Notes: generated by a model from the sequence alone, not told the origin. Shown: positions 41,247 through 52,726, counted from the first letter of the stretch. The stretch: 64,000 nucleotides of DNA from Octopus sinensis (GCF_006345805.1 NC_043015.1:8060001-8124000); one strand, 5' to 3'. Translations and numbers: made by a program.

Positions 41247-41477
41247 AAGGCGGCAAGCTGGTAGAAACATTAGCACGCCGGGCAAAATGTGTAGCCTATT
41301 TCGTCTGCCGTTACGTTCTGAGTTCAAATTCCGCCGAGGTCGACTTTGCCGTTCATCCTTTCGGGGTCGATTAAATAAGTAACAGTTACGCCTGGGGTCG
41401 ATATAATCGACTAAATCTGTTCGTCTGTCCTTGTTTGTCCCCTCTATGTTTAGCCCCTTGTTGGTAGTAAAGAAATA
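41247..41477 (+). mobile_element. SINE A1, full length
   Basis: 15-bp TSD ggtatgttgctgagg at 41232-41246 and 41478-41492. Confidence 0.9.
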
Positions 41478-43334
41478 GGTATGTTGCTGAGGTTATTTTT
41501 CGTTTAGTTTTATTTTTTATGCTCGCGGGCGATTATAGAGTGTATTTTAGCGCTACTAAACCTCAGATTCTAAGTTTAATCCGAGGCAGGGACTTGAAAA
41601 ATAATAACATATAATTATCAGCTACATACCTTAGGAATGAAAACCGTGTGTCCCGGCTTTATAAGCTTAGCATTTTTATGTTTTATGAATCAACACAAGA
41701 AACTACTACAGCGGTTGAAATCTACAAGAAAATAAATGAGTTATACGTGGTCATTTAACCTCCTAAAGGTTCATAAAATATTAAACATGTGTCTTTAATT
41801 CCATAAGGTGGTGCTAAATGAAGAATGGTTGAAGTAATGGCGAATAATCGCTTCAGCATCTTTGAAATCTCCTTTCTTGATTTCGTCTTTCATATATGAA
41901 AATGTCAGTGCCATAAGCCCATAAAGCAACTTGGACTCACCCATTAACTGTTCCAAAGAAAGGAAATTGTATGTTACCTTCAAAAAGACAGCTATGAAGC
42001 GGTCTCGTTTAAGCATTTTGTTTGGTTGATAGATCAGCAGTGGTCACTTTTCTGGAATCGTTAAAGATGTTAATTCCTATTCTTTCGTCTGAAATGTTTA
42101 TATAGAATAAAAATAACTGATCTTTTAGATTAAAAAAAAATATTTCATATAGGCTATTTGCATCTTAGAAATCAGAGAGAATGGTGAGAGAGAGAGAGAG
42201 AGAGCAAGAGATAGAAAGTGAATGTGTATTTGCCTATCTTTTATTAAGATACATAAAGTTTTTGATATATTGCTTTTAATATTATTTCTCTTAACATTCA
42301 ACACATTCTTTTAAACTTGTTTCTTATATTAAATTGAGACTGTTGTCATGCCGAAAGCATATTCTATAGTTAAAGCTTAATGTGTGAGTGTGCAAGTATG
42401 TGAATGCGTGTATATAGCCGGGATTCGTTACTATGAACAAAGATAAATTAGTCCTAAATTTCGATTTATAATCAGCCGTGTGGTTGTGGCTTCTGTTAAA
42501 GTCAAAGTTGTTGCGTTGCGCCCTTAAGCATCGCGCTCTAATTTCTTGTCACTTGACTCCATTCTATTCAGCTGAAACAGGCACCAGATATGTATTGGTA
42601 CATCTGGCCACATTTTAGTCACGAAATATTTTACCAGGCCAGAAAGGGAGGCGGGTGTTTATATTTGCTCTTGATTACGTTTACAACTAAATGACTTATT
42701 GAAATTTTGCAAGCGATATCTCTGTTTTACAAGGGTTGGTAAGATATATTAAAACCTTTCTCAACATTAATATCAATAATTTCAGAAGTAGATAAAATGG
42801 GCTACTGTTTTAAGTTTTACCATATCATGATCACATATTACACAATTGTGTAATGAAGTGTGTTAAGCTCAAACTCTAAAATATATTGAATTTAGCATAT
42901 GAAATCTACTTGAGATTTTCTGTGTTCACTATTTATCTTTATTTAGTAATGGATATAATTAAATATGGAACAAATGTTCTTCATAACAGCCTTATTAAAT
43001 ATAACATGTAAAACAATATTATGCCACGCAGAAACTTAATATAAATTCATTCATGTCCCGCATTGCCGCCTAAGTATCCCCTGTGTTATTGTTTCTCCAA
43101 TAATAGTGATTTATCACAAAAGTTAAAGATATTGAATTTAAAGAAATGTTGTTGCATTGAGTTCGTTGGATTGTAAGTAAATTTACCCTCGGTGGGGTTT
43201 GAACTCAAGACAAAGTGCATGCACTACTTTGTTCTTGCAAAGCTTTGTATCTCTAACAACCAACAACAACTACTAGCAGTGAGAGTAAAAAAAAATTTAT
43301 AATCAAAATAAATGTTCATGATTGGGATAGTTGT

Positions 43335-43535
43335 AAGGAAGCGAGCTAGTAGAATGGTTTGCATGCCGGGTAATATGCGTAGCGGCATTTCGTCTGTCTT
43401 TATGATATGAGTTCAAATTCCGTTGAGATCTACCATACCTTTCATCCTTTCAGGGGTCGATAAAATAAGTTCTAGTTGAGCATTGAGGTCGATGTAATCG
43501 ACATTCCCACCCTCCCTCGAAATTGATGATTATGA
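43335..43535 (+). mobile_element. A2-type SINE, diverged
   Basis: aaggaagcgagctagtagaa head, gagttcaaattc, tcatcctttcaggggtcgataaaataag core. Confidence 0.7.
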
Positions 43536-45199
43536 TGGTTATAAAAAAATTGCTTTCTGCTTTTAGCTACAAATATCTTGCTCATACAATAAGCGTTAAA
43601 AATGGTCGGTAGTTAAATGTGTAACTGGGAAATGTTAAAGGAAAATTGACGGTGATGAAGGACACAGGATATAGTCACGGAAAGAAAATTTCTAAGAGCA
43701 ACAAAATAAGTAATGCAATTTATTCAGTAGTAGTAGTAAAGAGGTATTCCGAACTTGAAGATAAACTCATTACTATCACGAATTTCGCAAAATGAATAAA
43801 CAAATGATAAACAAACAAACAAATCTTAAAAATCTAAATCAAGCTGTTACTAGATAAATTTAAAAACATAACTGGCATCTGTCATCTGATATAAAAGATT
43901 TGTTAGGCATCACTTAAAAAAAAAGTTTCTCCAAGATACAAGATACACACACGAGAAACATTTATTTTTGATTTTACAGAAATGTGGCTGTTGTCCATGT
44001 ATGCAAGTCTTCATTTTCTAGAATACGGATGGCATCCAAGAGAAGACAATACTGACACACAATAGTATCACAGTCGTCGCTGGTTTTAAGTTAAAATGTG
44101 GAGAGCTGGCACCAGTACTGCAAGACATCCTTCTATCTATTCAACAGATCCGACAATCCACCACATCGAATTTGTAACAATTTTTGACAACGAATTGAGA
44201 GAAACCAAAATGCTTTGAATTTTGTGGGGTTTGAACACAGCGTCAGGTCTCGTAACGTATTGTATTCTATCCAACACTCACATGAATGAACCAATTCCCG
44301 TCTTAAATAATAATAATAAAAATAAAAGAATAGAAATTTGAAGCCACAGAAACAATTTATCAAGCCGTTATCAAAAGAATTCGGGATACATCACTTCGAA
44401 AAGTGTATGAGCTTCTGGCCAGAGAATATGTGATTACAACCGAATACTGAAAGACTTTACAGACATCCATTTTAATAAAACCCTGGATGACACATGAACA
44501 TCAAAGGCAGTTTTAGCCATAGTGTTTGCGTGGAGAAAGGGGTCTTCCGACTCAATCAAAAGTCACAATGGATCAGAAGGCAGAAGGATAAGAAAAATGC
44601 AATATCAGTGCTAACATGATAACTATCATGACTTCACCAAAGGCGATAAAAGATTCAATCAAATGGAAATCATGGAGGATTGTCAGTGTCGGCAATTTCT
44701 GGTTGAAGCACCAAAGAGTATTCATTAATCTCTGGAAAGAACATTCGATGAATTAGTAAACAAACCAGAATCCCGTGAAAAGTTACAAAGAGAGAAAGAA
44801 TATTGATTCCACAAAAAATATAAAAGGCATATAAAACATGAGATACCACTGCAGCTACAGGTCTATAATTTGTTTGCCAACAACATGTCACGTTCTCGCA
44901 TTGCTGTGTCCTGAAAGAATGGCTTCTGGCGGGGAAATCAATTACATTTTACCATAGAAAAACAAAGGAAACAGGTAATGAACGCATGTGGCGTAACTAG
45001 GGAATCATGCAATTATAAACTGACATAGAAAAAAGAAACCAGATTAAATGAAGTCATTTGTGAACATACCTGGTGTTATATACTGGAATAACTGTATATC
45101 AACTAATCAACTTCAATATCTCATATCAATCATGCTAAGAAAATATATAGACAAACATATGAATGCATCATAACTCAAAGTAGATGATAAAAATCTCTT

Positions 45200-45404
45200 T
45201 TTTTTATTAGGCATAAATCCTTAAATATAGAGGGGACACTACGGAGACAGACAACACAAACGTGGGGTACAAATAAAATATTAGCGAATGATTTATAAGA
45301 TGTAAAAATAAAATTATAATGATGACGAAAATGACTTTCTACCCCACCCCCACAAAAGTAGAAAGTTGCATTTTACTGTTCAGTTTGTATCTTTATTACT
45401 GTTC

Positions 45405-45443
<39 letters not shown>

Positions 45444-47166
45444 CCGTTCTGTTTGATATCTTTTTTCCTTTATTTTTATTCTATATCATAAGACTTACCA
45501 TTTCCTCAAAAGTTATCACAGGTGGTACTTCGTCGAATCGAACCCATAATGCTGTATTCTCTATCCTACTTCCGAATGTCTTTCTCAGTCTGGCTGCTTT
45601 TTCCTCATCTAATAATACTGCTTTCTTGTTTCGATTCACCTCCTTATCTGCAAGTTTCACTGATAACTCCCTTCCTTATTGCTATCCGTTTTTCAATTTC
45701 TACACTTTTCTCGTATCTCACATATCTTCTGTTGTATTTTCCTTTACGTGGCCTTTACGTGTTATCGGTTCTTCCAATGACTTCCGTTCTTCGTCAACCT
45801 TACTTGTTGACGGCTTCGGCCTTCTTTCAACATTCTCTGTCATTTTTGCTGTTGTTTCTAGCAGATCTAACAGTTCTTCCCGTCCTTCCTCCTCCTTACT
45901 TGTTGACGGCTCCGGCCCTGGTATTTGTTCTATCGTTGCTTCAGCTGTTCTTTTCCCTTTTTTTCTGCTTTCCATTTCTTTTTTGGTGGGGACTCACTAT
46001 TTCCTCTCTTGTCTTCCTCGGACAACTCTACTTCCTTCTCCGCTATTTCATTTACATTTTCCGAACTCTCTTCCTCCACCACCAGTTGTTCATGTTTCTG
46101 GGGACACCTTGCCTTTACATGCCCCCTTACTCCACATTGGAAGCATATTGGTGATCACCCCTCTACCATGACTCTCAGTCTAGTCTCGTCGAGCAATATT
46201 ATCTCCTCCGTCATCTTGTGGAGGTCTGGTAGGATTATGAGTACCATCACTTCGAGGCCAAACCCCCACCAGTTGACCTCCGCTGTTTTGGATGCTATCA
46301 AAATCTCGACCTTTTCCTCTACAGAGGATGGCTGCCACCAACCAATCCTCGTCTATTTCTGGTGGCACTCTCCCTATTCTCACTCTGGCCGAATGTCTGC
46401 CACAATAAGTAGGTAAGAGTGCCCACAGTACTGTCTTAACGATACGGTGGAGTACTTTTTTTATTCGTTTTCATTAACGAAGCGAACCTCCACCGTGCCA
46501 AACTTCCGTGCTCTGTTATAGAATGTAATTGTCTTTTACGTCTTTTAGGCATTCTATCGCTTCGATGGTTGCGAACTCCACTTTCCTTGTAGCTATATTT
46601 AACGTTCTGTATCTTATAATCTATATCCTTTACTTCAAGTTCTTGTATATTCAGTAGCTCAGCTGTCAGGCTTTTGCCCGTCACTGCCGCATAACTGCCT
46701 GTTTGAACCGGCATAATTGCGTTATTACCCGCTTCACCCATAAATGGGGAAACCAAATAAAATTTTCAGCAAATTCAGAAACAGAATATCAAACACAATA
46801 TCCAACAATTCAGTAATTCAACAATTCCGTATTTCAGAACAATAAAAACAACAACTCACCTGGGAGCGAAACCAAAGCTCAACCAACTCACGTAGATGAT
46901 AAAAATCAGACAAGTATTCATAGGTAAATAAATCTTGCATGGACTCGACTTATGTTATTCTTTTCTACGTAGCTCTGATCACGCGAAAAGAAAAAAAACA
47001 CTGCAATACCTACCAATCGTCGGATTGCGACTGGTAGTTCAATTCCTACCATGGAATACTTGGTTAGTGGACTCACTCAGTCTTCCTGTTTCATTTCTAC
47101 CTTCTGGTTTTTGGAGCCTTGTTGCAGAATCTGTCCGATTTCAAATATTGAAGTAAGCACAGCACG
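45200..47166 (-). mobile_element. E1: ~2-kb ORF1-only (gag-like) non-LTR element inserted into the older R4-like LINE
   Basis: Short TSD tctctt at 45194-45199 and 47167-47172. The 3' tail (45198-45253) is homologous to the E2 and SINE A1 tails and ends in an A-run. Internal (TA)n at about 45409-45442. No RT between the ORF and the tail. Confidence 0.75.
45460..46756 (-). pseudogene. Disrupted ORF1/gag-like protein of E1
   Basis: Hand translation across frameshifts: SYAAVTGK..IQELE; ARKFGTVEVRF; LLPTYCGRHSARVRIGRVPPEIDEDWLVAAIL; RVMVEG*SPICFQCGVRGHVKARC (intact CX2CX4HX4C at 46145-46104); then an acidic/basic low-complexity tail. Confidence 0.8.
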
Positions 47167-47610
47167 TCTCTTCACTTACCAGTGATAATAGTCAATTGGA
47201 GAAATCACTGAACATTGTTCATGAATTGAACTAGGATATAAAATTCGGTAGAGGTCTGCGAAGCTGCTTGAGGAAGATACTTAATATTTAAAAGTGCGAA
47301 CATTACATTTTATCCACTCACAAAAAATTAAAATGTTATGAGATACAGTACAAAAATAAATGACATTAGAAATGACTACGACAGGAATATCACAGTAATT
47401 TAAAAAAAATAAAAATCTGTACTAGCAAAAGGACAATGTTTATAAATTCATGTCGCATTGGTAATAACATGCAGCTTCAACATATTGAATTGCAAATGAA
47501 GAGAATGGTAAAATACAGGTAAGAAAATTAGATAGCTTCTGAGAGCATTTCAAAAGATACAATTTCATTCATTTTTGTACATCTACGTGGTTGTGCAACC
47601 ATCTCCAACC

Positions 47611-48103
47611 TATTTATTTACTACTCACAAGGGGCTAAACACAGAGGGGACAAACAAGGACAAACAAACGAATCAAGTTGATTACATCGACCCCAGTGCG
47701 TAACTGGTACTTAATTTGTCGACCCCGAAAGGATGAAAGGCAAAGTCGACCTCGGCGGAACTTCAACTCAGAACGTAACGGCAGACGAAATACCGCTAAG
47801 CATTTCGTCCGGCGTGCTATGTTTCTGCCAGCTCGCCGCCTTTCAGAACGTGAAGACAGACGAAATACTTGTTTCTTTACTACCCACAAGGGGCTAAACA
47901 CAGAGGGGACAAACAAGGACAGACAAACGGATTAAGTCGATTACATCGACCCCCAATGCGAAACTGGTACCTAATTTATCGACCCCGAAAGGATGAAAGG
48001 CAAAGTCGACCTCGGCGGAATTTGAACTCAGAACGTAACGGCAGACGAAATACCGCTAAGCATTTCGCCCGGCGCACTACCGTTTCTGCCAACTCGCCGC
48101 CTT
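47611..48103 (-). mobile_element. Two tandem full-length A1 SINEs separated by a 27-bp internal A fragment
   Basis: Copies at 47870-48103 and 47611-47842. The spacer 47843-47869 reads agtatttcgtctgtcttcacgttctga on the minus strand. Confidence 0.9.
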
Positions 48104-49453
48104 TTACCACCCACCAACCATTTGGTTGTAGTATTCATTGTTTCGATCAGTGAATCCAAAATGTTTCCCGTGAAACCTCCGTTCGGGTGATTTACGTGAT
48201 TCAACGTCTTGGTCTTGTATACCAATCCGTCTCAAGGTTACCCATTTAAAGAGATAACTACAGAAACGTGAAATAAAAGATTTGCTCAAGAACAAAATGC
48301 ACAGCTAGTCTGGAAATGGAAACCACGAATCTCGCAATCGTAAGTGCAATACCCTTCTGCTTCTCTTATTAAAATCTACGTGCGTCTGTATTTGCGTATG
48401 GTGTTCTATAGTTCTGTGTCACCCCAAACAAATAAACCCTATGATCTTAAGTATTCCATCTACAACACTTTTATATGTAGTACTGCATTAACAGTTCATT
48501 TTTTTAAAGAGAAGGAATATCAAGAAGATAGTCGTAATATAAAGAGGGGGAGTCGATGCAATTAAAAGACAATTAAATGGAAGAATATTTTTTCTCGTAA
48601 AATAATTAGTAACAAGCTAATTGATACTAATTAGCGTATTTTGAACAATGAACAAAATAAAAGCATTTCTCTATGAACAAAGAAACAAGATATTCACTGA
48701 ACGAATTCTTAGATAATAACAAAAGGACAAAAGAATGAGTTTAAAAAACGCAGGAGACAAAATCAAAATGGAATTCCAAAATATACTAAAGAAACTCTGG
48801 AGACTAAACAACTCCATGGCCAATATCCTGTAAGACTCAAAATAGAGGAAATAAGTCAGCATGAAATCTAACTTACACTGAGATGCTATGGACTAAAAGC
48901 AGAAACGGATGATGGGATGATAGCAGCACATGATCAATGTCTTACTACAAATAGAAAAAAAAATATCTGGATAAACAATACAGAGAAATAAGAGACGAAC
49001 GTCAAGTGTAAATTATGAAATTAATAGTACAAAACAATTGACCAAATTATTTCTAGCTTTCTTGAAAAGTCAAAATATATATGCAACCACGATTCAGTTG
49101 GCAGCTATGCAGACTGGGTCCAATGCTGACACTTTGCTCGGCTTGTATTCATATAATAACTGGTATAATTACAAAATAGAAAAATCTATTATAATCGGAA
49201 AAAATATAGTCAACAAAACTAGACTGATAACCAGATTAGGGCTAACAGCTCAGATATAATTTTTAATAACTTGACAACTATCGCTGTAATTTGACATATC
49301 TTATTCCATTCAGATCAAATTGTCACCTAGAAAAATATCAAGACACCATTAGAATACAATGAGACTGAAATAGAAATACGTTTATGAAAAAAGAAAAACA
49401 ATCACTACCAATAATAAGCGCAGTCGTAGCTCTGTGGCAAGAAACTTGCTTCC

Positions 49454-51255
49454 GCGCATGCGTGTGTCAGTGTTTTCTTTACACTGAGAGGAGTCACGAC
49501 GCTGGACACTAGCTTCGTGAATTATTGAACTAGTGAAGATCAGCTGCAAGACTTTTGTTTTTTGGAGTTCACTAGGGGTTTGTTGTTTGGTGTTTAATTT
49601 TTCTTTCCAATCTAGTCACTGGATTCCGGACATTTGTCTGCCTGCAGTTTGGCATAAGTATCTCACTTAGCGGTGAGAAGTAACTTGTTTTGGGGGCATA
49701 TCTCGCCTCCAAAAATTGTGAACGTTGTTTTTGTGTTCCTGTGGCCGTGTCCCTTCTACTATTTGGTCGGGCTGGAGTAATAGTGGACGGAAGATTGTGT
49801 GGAATATTTTGGAGGCGTATTCCACCTCCAAATATTGTGAAATATTTTACCAATTTTTGTATCAATTTATTGTTGAAATTTGCGAAGCTTTGTTCCGGTT
49901 GTTGTGCTCCTGTTGCCATATCAATTGGCCGGAAGATTGAAGTCGCCGTGTTTTGGACTGTTTTTCTTTCCTTCTTCCTTCTTTCCTTTTTTGTGTTTTA
50001 ATCTTTCGCGTTTTTGTGTGAACTTTTCTTTTTCCAAAACATGTCAGAGAAAACGAACTCTGTGTTGGAGTGGGAGTTTGTCCCACCCGATCAGTGGTTA
50101 GAAGACTTAGAGGAAAGGCCGGTGGTGTGGAGGACATATTCAAAGTCACTCGAAACCATCACAGTCTTTCCTAAAATTGAAATAGAGAAAGAGTTGGCAG
50201 AGCATCTGCCAACTATAAAGTTTATTTCTAGGGGTGTCAAGTATGCAACGGTATGGCTTTTATATGACGCCCCTGAGGTGGCTCGCAAATTTGTGAGCCA
50301 GCCCTTGGATAAAAAACAGAGGAAGTAGTGCTTCTGCTCACATACCTTGGAAGAAAGACTTCCAAGGTGAGGGTAGAAGCAATTCCACCGGATACAGATG
50401 TGGCTTGGTTGGCGGCAGCTGTTCTTGTTGGAAGCGAGGTGAAGGTGGCTGTCCTCCAAGGCAGAGAAACGGAAGTAGGAGGTTGGAAACGAAGGACACT
50501 TGAACTCCTTATTCAGACAGGAGGGTCAACTGGAGAAGTTGGCAGATATGGTGACGTTGAAGGCAATCGTGTAGAGGGTGTGGGTAGAGGACAGAGTACC
50601 ACGTTGTTTTAAATGTGACCTAAAGGGCTACATTAGAGCATACTGCCCATGGCTGAGGAAACAGTTGTGGAGACGGAAGAGAAAAGAGAGGAAGAAATGG
50701 CAGACGGGGGAAAGGAGGAAGAATGGGGAAGAATGGAAAGTTAAAGAGAGCAGGAGAAAGAGAAAAAGAAGAAAAAATAATGAGTATGATGTGGTACCTC
50801 GGTCCAACTCCATCCCACCCATGACCACTCAGACCCACCCTCCCCATACAGACACCAAACCCACCTACACCATTTGCCCACAAGAAAAAATAGAAAAAGA
50901 ATGAACAGACACCACAAAATTTAGAAGACCCCCGCCACCAGTGAGAAAGGTTACAAATGCATGGCGGAGGGAATGATGTCACTAAATGCTGGAGAAAGGG
51001 GAAAAATGATTGAACTGAAGGAGAAAACGAGCTTACGACCCAGAGGCGGCGAGTGATGTTACTCAGTGTGGGGTGAGTAGCACACTCTTCATAGTATCCA
51101 TTTTCAGATATCATTCATGTTATATTAACTTTGTTTTTCATGTTCTTGTGTCATTCATTATATCATATTTGATTTTCATATTTTTGTTTCATGTCGCCAC
51201 ATACGTTGTAGTGTCCCCCTTTTTGTAATGTCTTTACGGCATTTTAAAAGAAATA
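49454..51255 (+). mobile_element. E2: complete ~1.8-kb ORF1-only (gag-like) non-LTR element, no RT
   Basis: Perfect 15-bp TSD aagaaacttgcttcc at 49439-49453 and 51256-51270, inside the head of a D-family SINE. It ends in ...ttttaaaagaaata. The only coding content is a disrupted ORF1-like frame. Confidence 0.85.
50041..50904 (+). pseudogene. Disrupted ORF1/gag-like protein of E2 (RRM-like region, CCHC knuckle, basic tail)
   Basis: Three consecutive frames: MSEKTNS...FISRGVKYATVWLLY; TYLGRKTSKVRVEAIPPDTDVAWLAAAVL; RVPRCFKCDLKGYIRAYC (knuckle at 50605-50646, His replaced by Tyr). Colinear with the E1 and E3 proteins. Confidence 0.8.
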
Positions 51256-52007
51256 AAGAAACTTGCTTCCCAACCACGTTTTCGGCTTCAGTCTCACTGC
51301 GTGGCACATTCAAGCCGACTATAGCCTTGTATGTGGATTTAGTAAATGGAAACTGAAAGAAGCCCGTCGTACACACGCACACACACACACACATCTGTGT
51401 GGGTGTGGATGCGGGTGTTTTCCCCTCCCCACTACCGCTTGACAACCGGTGTTGGTGTATTTACATTTACGTTTACATAATTTAGAGACTGGGCACATGA
51501 CATCAACAGCATTTATACTAGGCTTTAAAAGGTTCTGGAGTCAATTTGCTCGACTAAAATTCCCTTCTAGGCGGTGATGAAGCATTGCTGCAGTCAAATG
51601 ACAAGTAAAAAAAAATGAAACCTAAGATAACAATTGATGCACTATGCACGGCAAAGAACGTAACAATAAACAAATTAAGGGTTTGAAATCGATTCGTATT
51701 TCATCAACATGACGCAGATAGGCTTTACTCTCAATTCTACGAAAGACATTTTCAGTCCACACGCTGCACAAATACCGATATTATTCTGACTTAACATAAA
51801 CTCTCCAATTTTGAGAATAATTGCATTCGGTTTTCTGACTTCAGTACTAGACGGCTACTTTATTTTAACCAACATAGATGAATAATAAGCAATGTTGATC
51901 TCGGTAGAATCTGAAGTTTAATTGATTCTAGTTAATGTTAGTATATGTCTTTGCTGAATACAATTACCCATTGTGAATGGGGAAAAGTTTCCACCACTAG
52001 ATATATG

Positions 52008-52224
52008 TATTGGTTTCAAAATTCTGCTCAAGGCCAGTAGTTTAGGGAGAGAGATTAAGTTGATTGCATCGATCCCACTTCTATAATGATGCTTATTGTA
52101 TCGGCCCAGAAATGATGAATGGCAAAGTCGATGTCGGCGGAATTTGTACTCAAAACGTAAAAGTCACGAAATTCCGCTAACCATTTTGTCCGGCGGGATA
52201 ACGCTTCAGTTAGATCACCGCCTT
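52008..52224 (-). mobile_element. A2-type SINE, diverged
   Basis: Reverse complement of head aaggcggtgatc.. and core, with remnants of the A2 tail. Confidence 0.65.
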
Positions 52225-52726
52225 TTCAACTGGATACATTGTGAAGAATATACACCAAACATTGCTCCACAAAAAAAACCAAAAAAAAAAAAAACAACAA
52301 AAAACAATGCTAGCTGTAGGTTTCGCTTTTTAAACAATGCTCTTCATAGAATCATCAGTTTTACACCCTAAATTCAACAATACTTGTACAAACTATAGTT
52401 TGGGTAATCTGAACGGTAAACTGAGACATTCAGTTTTAAAAGCATCAGAACAATATCATGTGCTACTCATATATATCTCTATCTGTCTAAAAGAAAGAAT
52501 TTCAATTATGAGGGTGTATATATATATATATATAAGGTAGTATTTTTTTTGCAAATTTCACTACCAGTGGCCTAGCATGCATAAAAAGTCAATAGACGAC
52601 ATATTATTCAATATGAAATAGTATTCATTTAAAGACAAATAGAAATTACCTATAACTTGGCTGTCTCCTAGCGTGTAGAAATTGCCTGTTATAGGTTATT
52701 TCTCTTTGTGTTTAAATGTACACTAT

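Larger units (their letters stand above)
49417..51615 (+). mobile_element. SINE family D split by E2 (head 49417-49453, remainder 51256-51615)
   Basis: gcgcagtcgtagctctgtggcaagaaacttgcttcc continues after E2 as aagaaacttgcttcccaaccacg..ggtagacggaaactgaaagaagcccgtcg-like sequence and the D tail. Confidence 0.8.
44400..51770 (+). mobile_element. Heavily decayed R4/Dong-like (RT + restriction-like endonuclease) LINE, split by E1, SINEs and E2
   Basis: Motifs in the expected order: KWKS..NFWLKH (44694-44711), YRSIICLPT (44856-44882), VDDKNLF (~45180) | SDNSQLEKSLNIVHELN*DIKFG (47181-47249), DNVYKFM (47432), LHGQYP (48812), GLKAETDDGMIAAHDQCL (48890), EKYQD (~49330), ITIDALCT (~51630), ILRKTFS (~51740). 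Outer limits are approximate. Confidence 0.65.

Noticed and set aside
45522-46416. Plus-strand 210-, 181- and 163-aa hydrophobic ORFs
   Set aside because: They are antisense shadows of the purine-rich E1 ORF1 on the minus strand.
47611-48103. Regularly spaced repeats with palindromes, superficially CRISPR-like
   Set aside because: These are tandem SINE copies of about 230 bp in a eukaryotic context, with no unique spacers or cas genes.
50620-51114. 164-aa minus-strand ORF
   Set aside because: Antisense shadow of the E2 C-terminal region.
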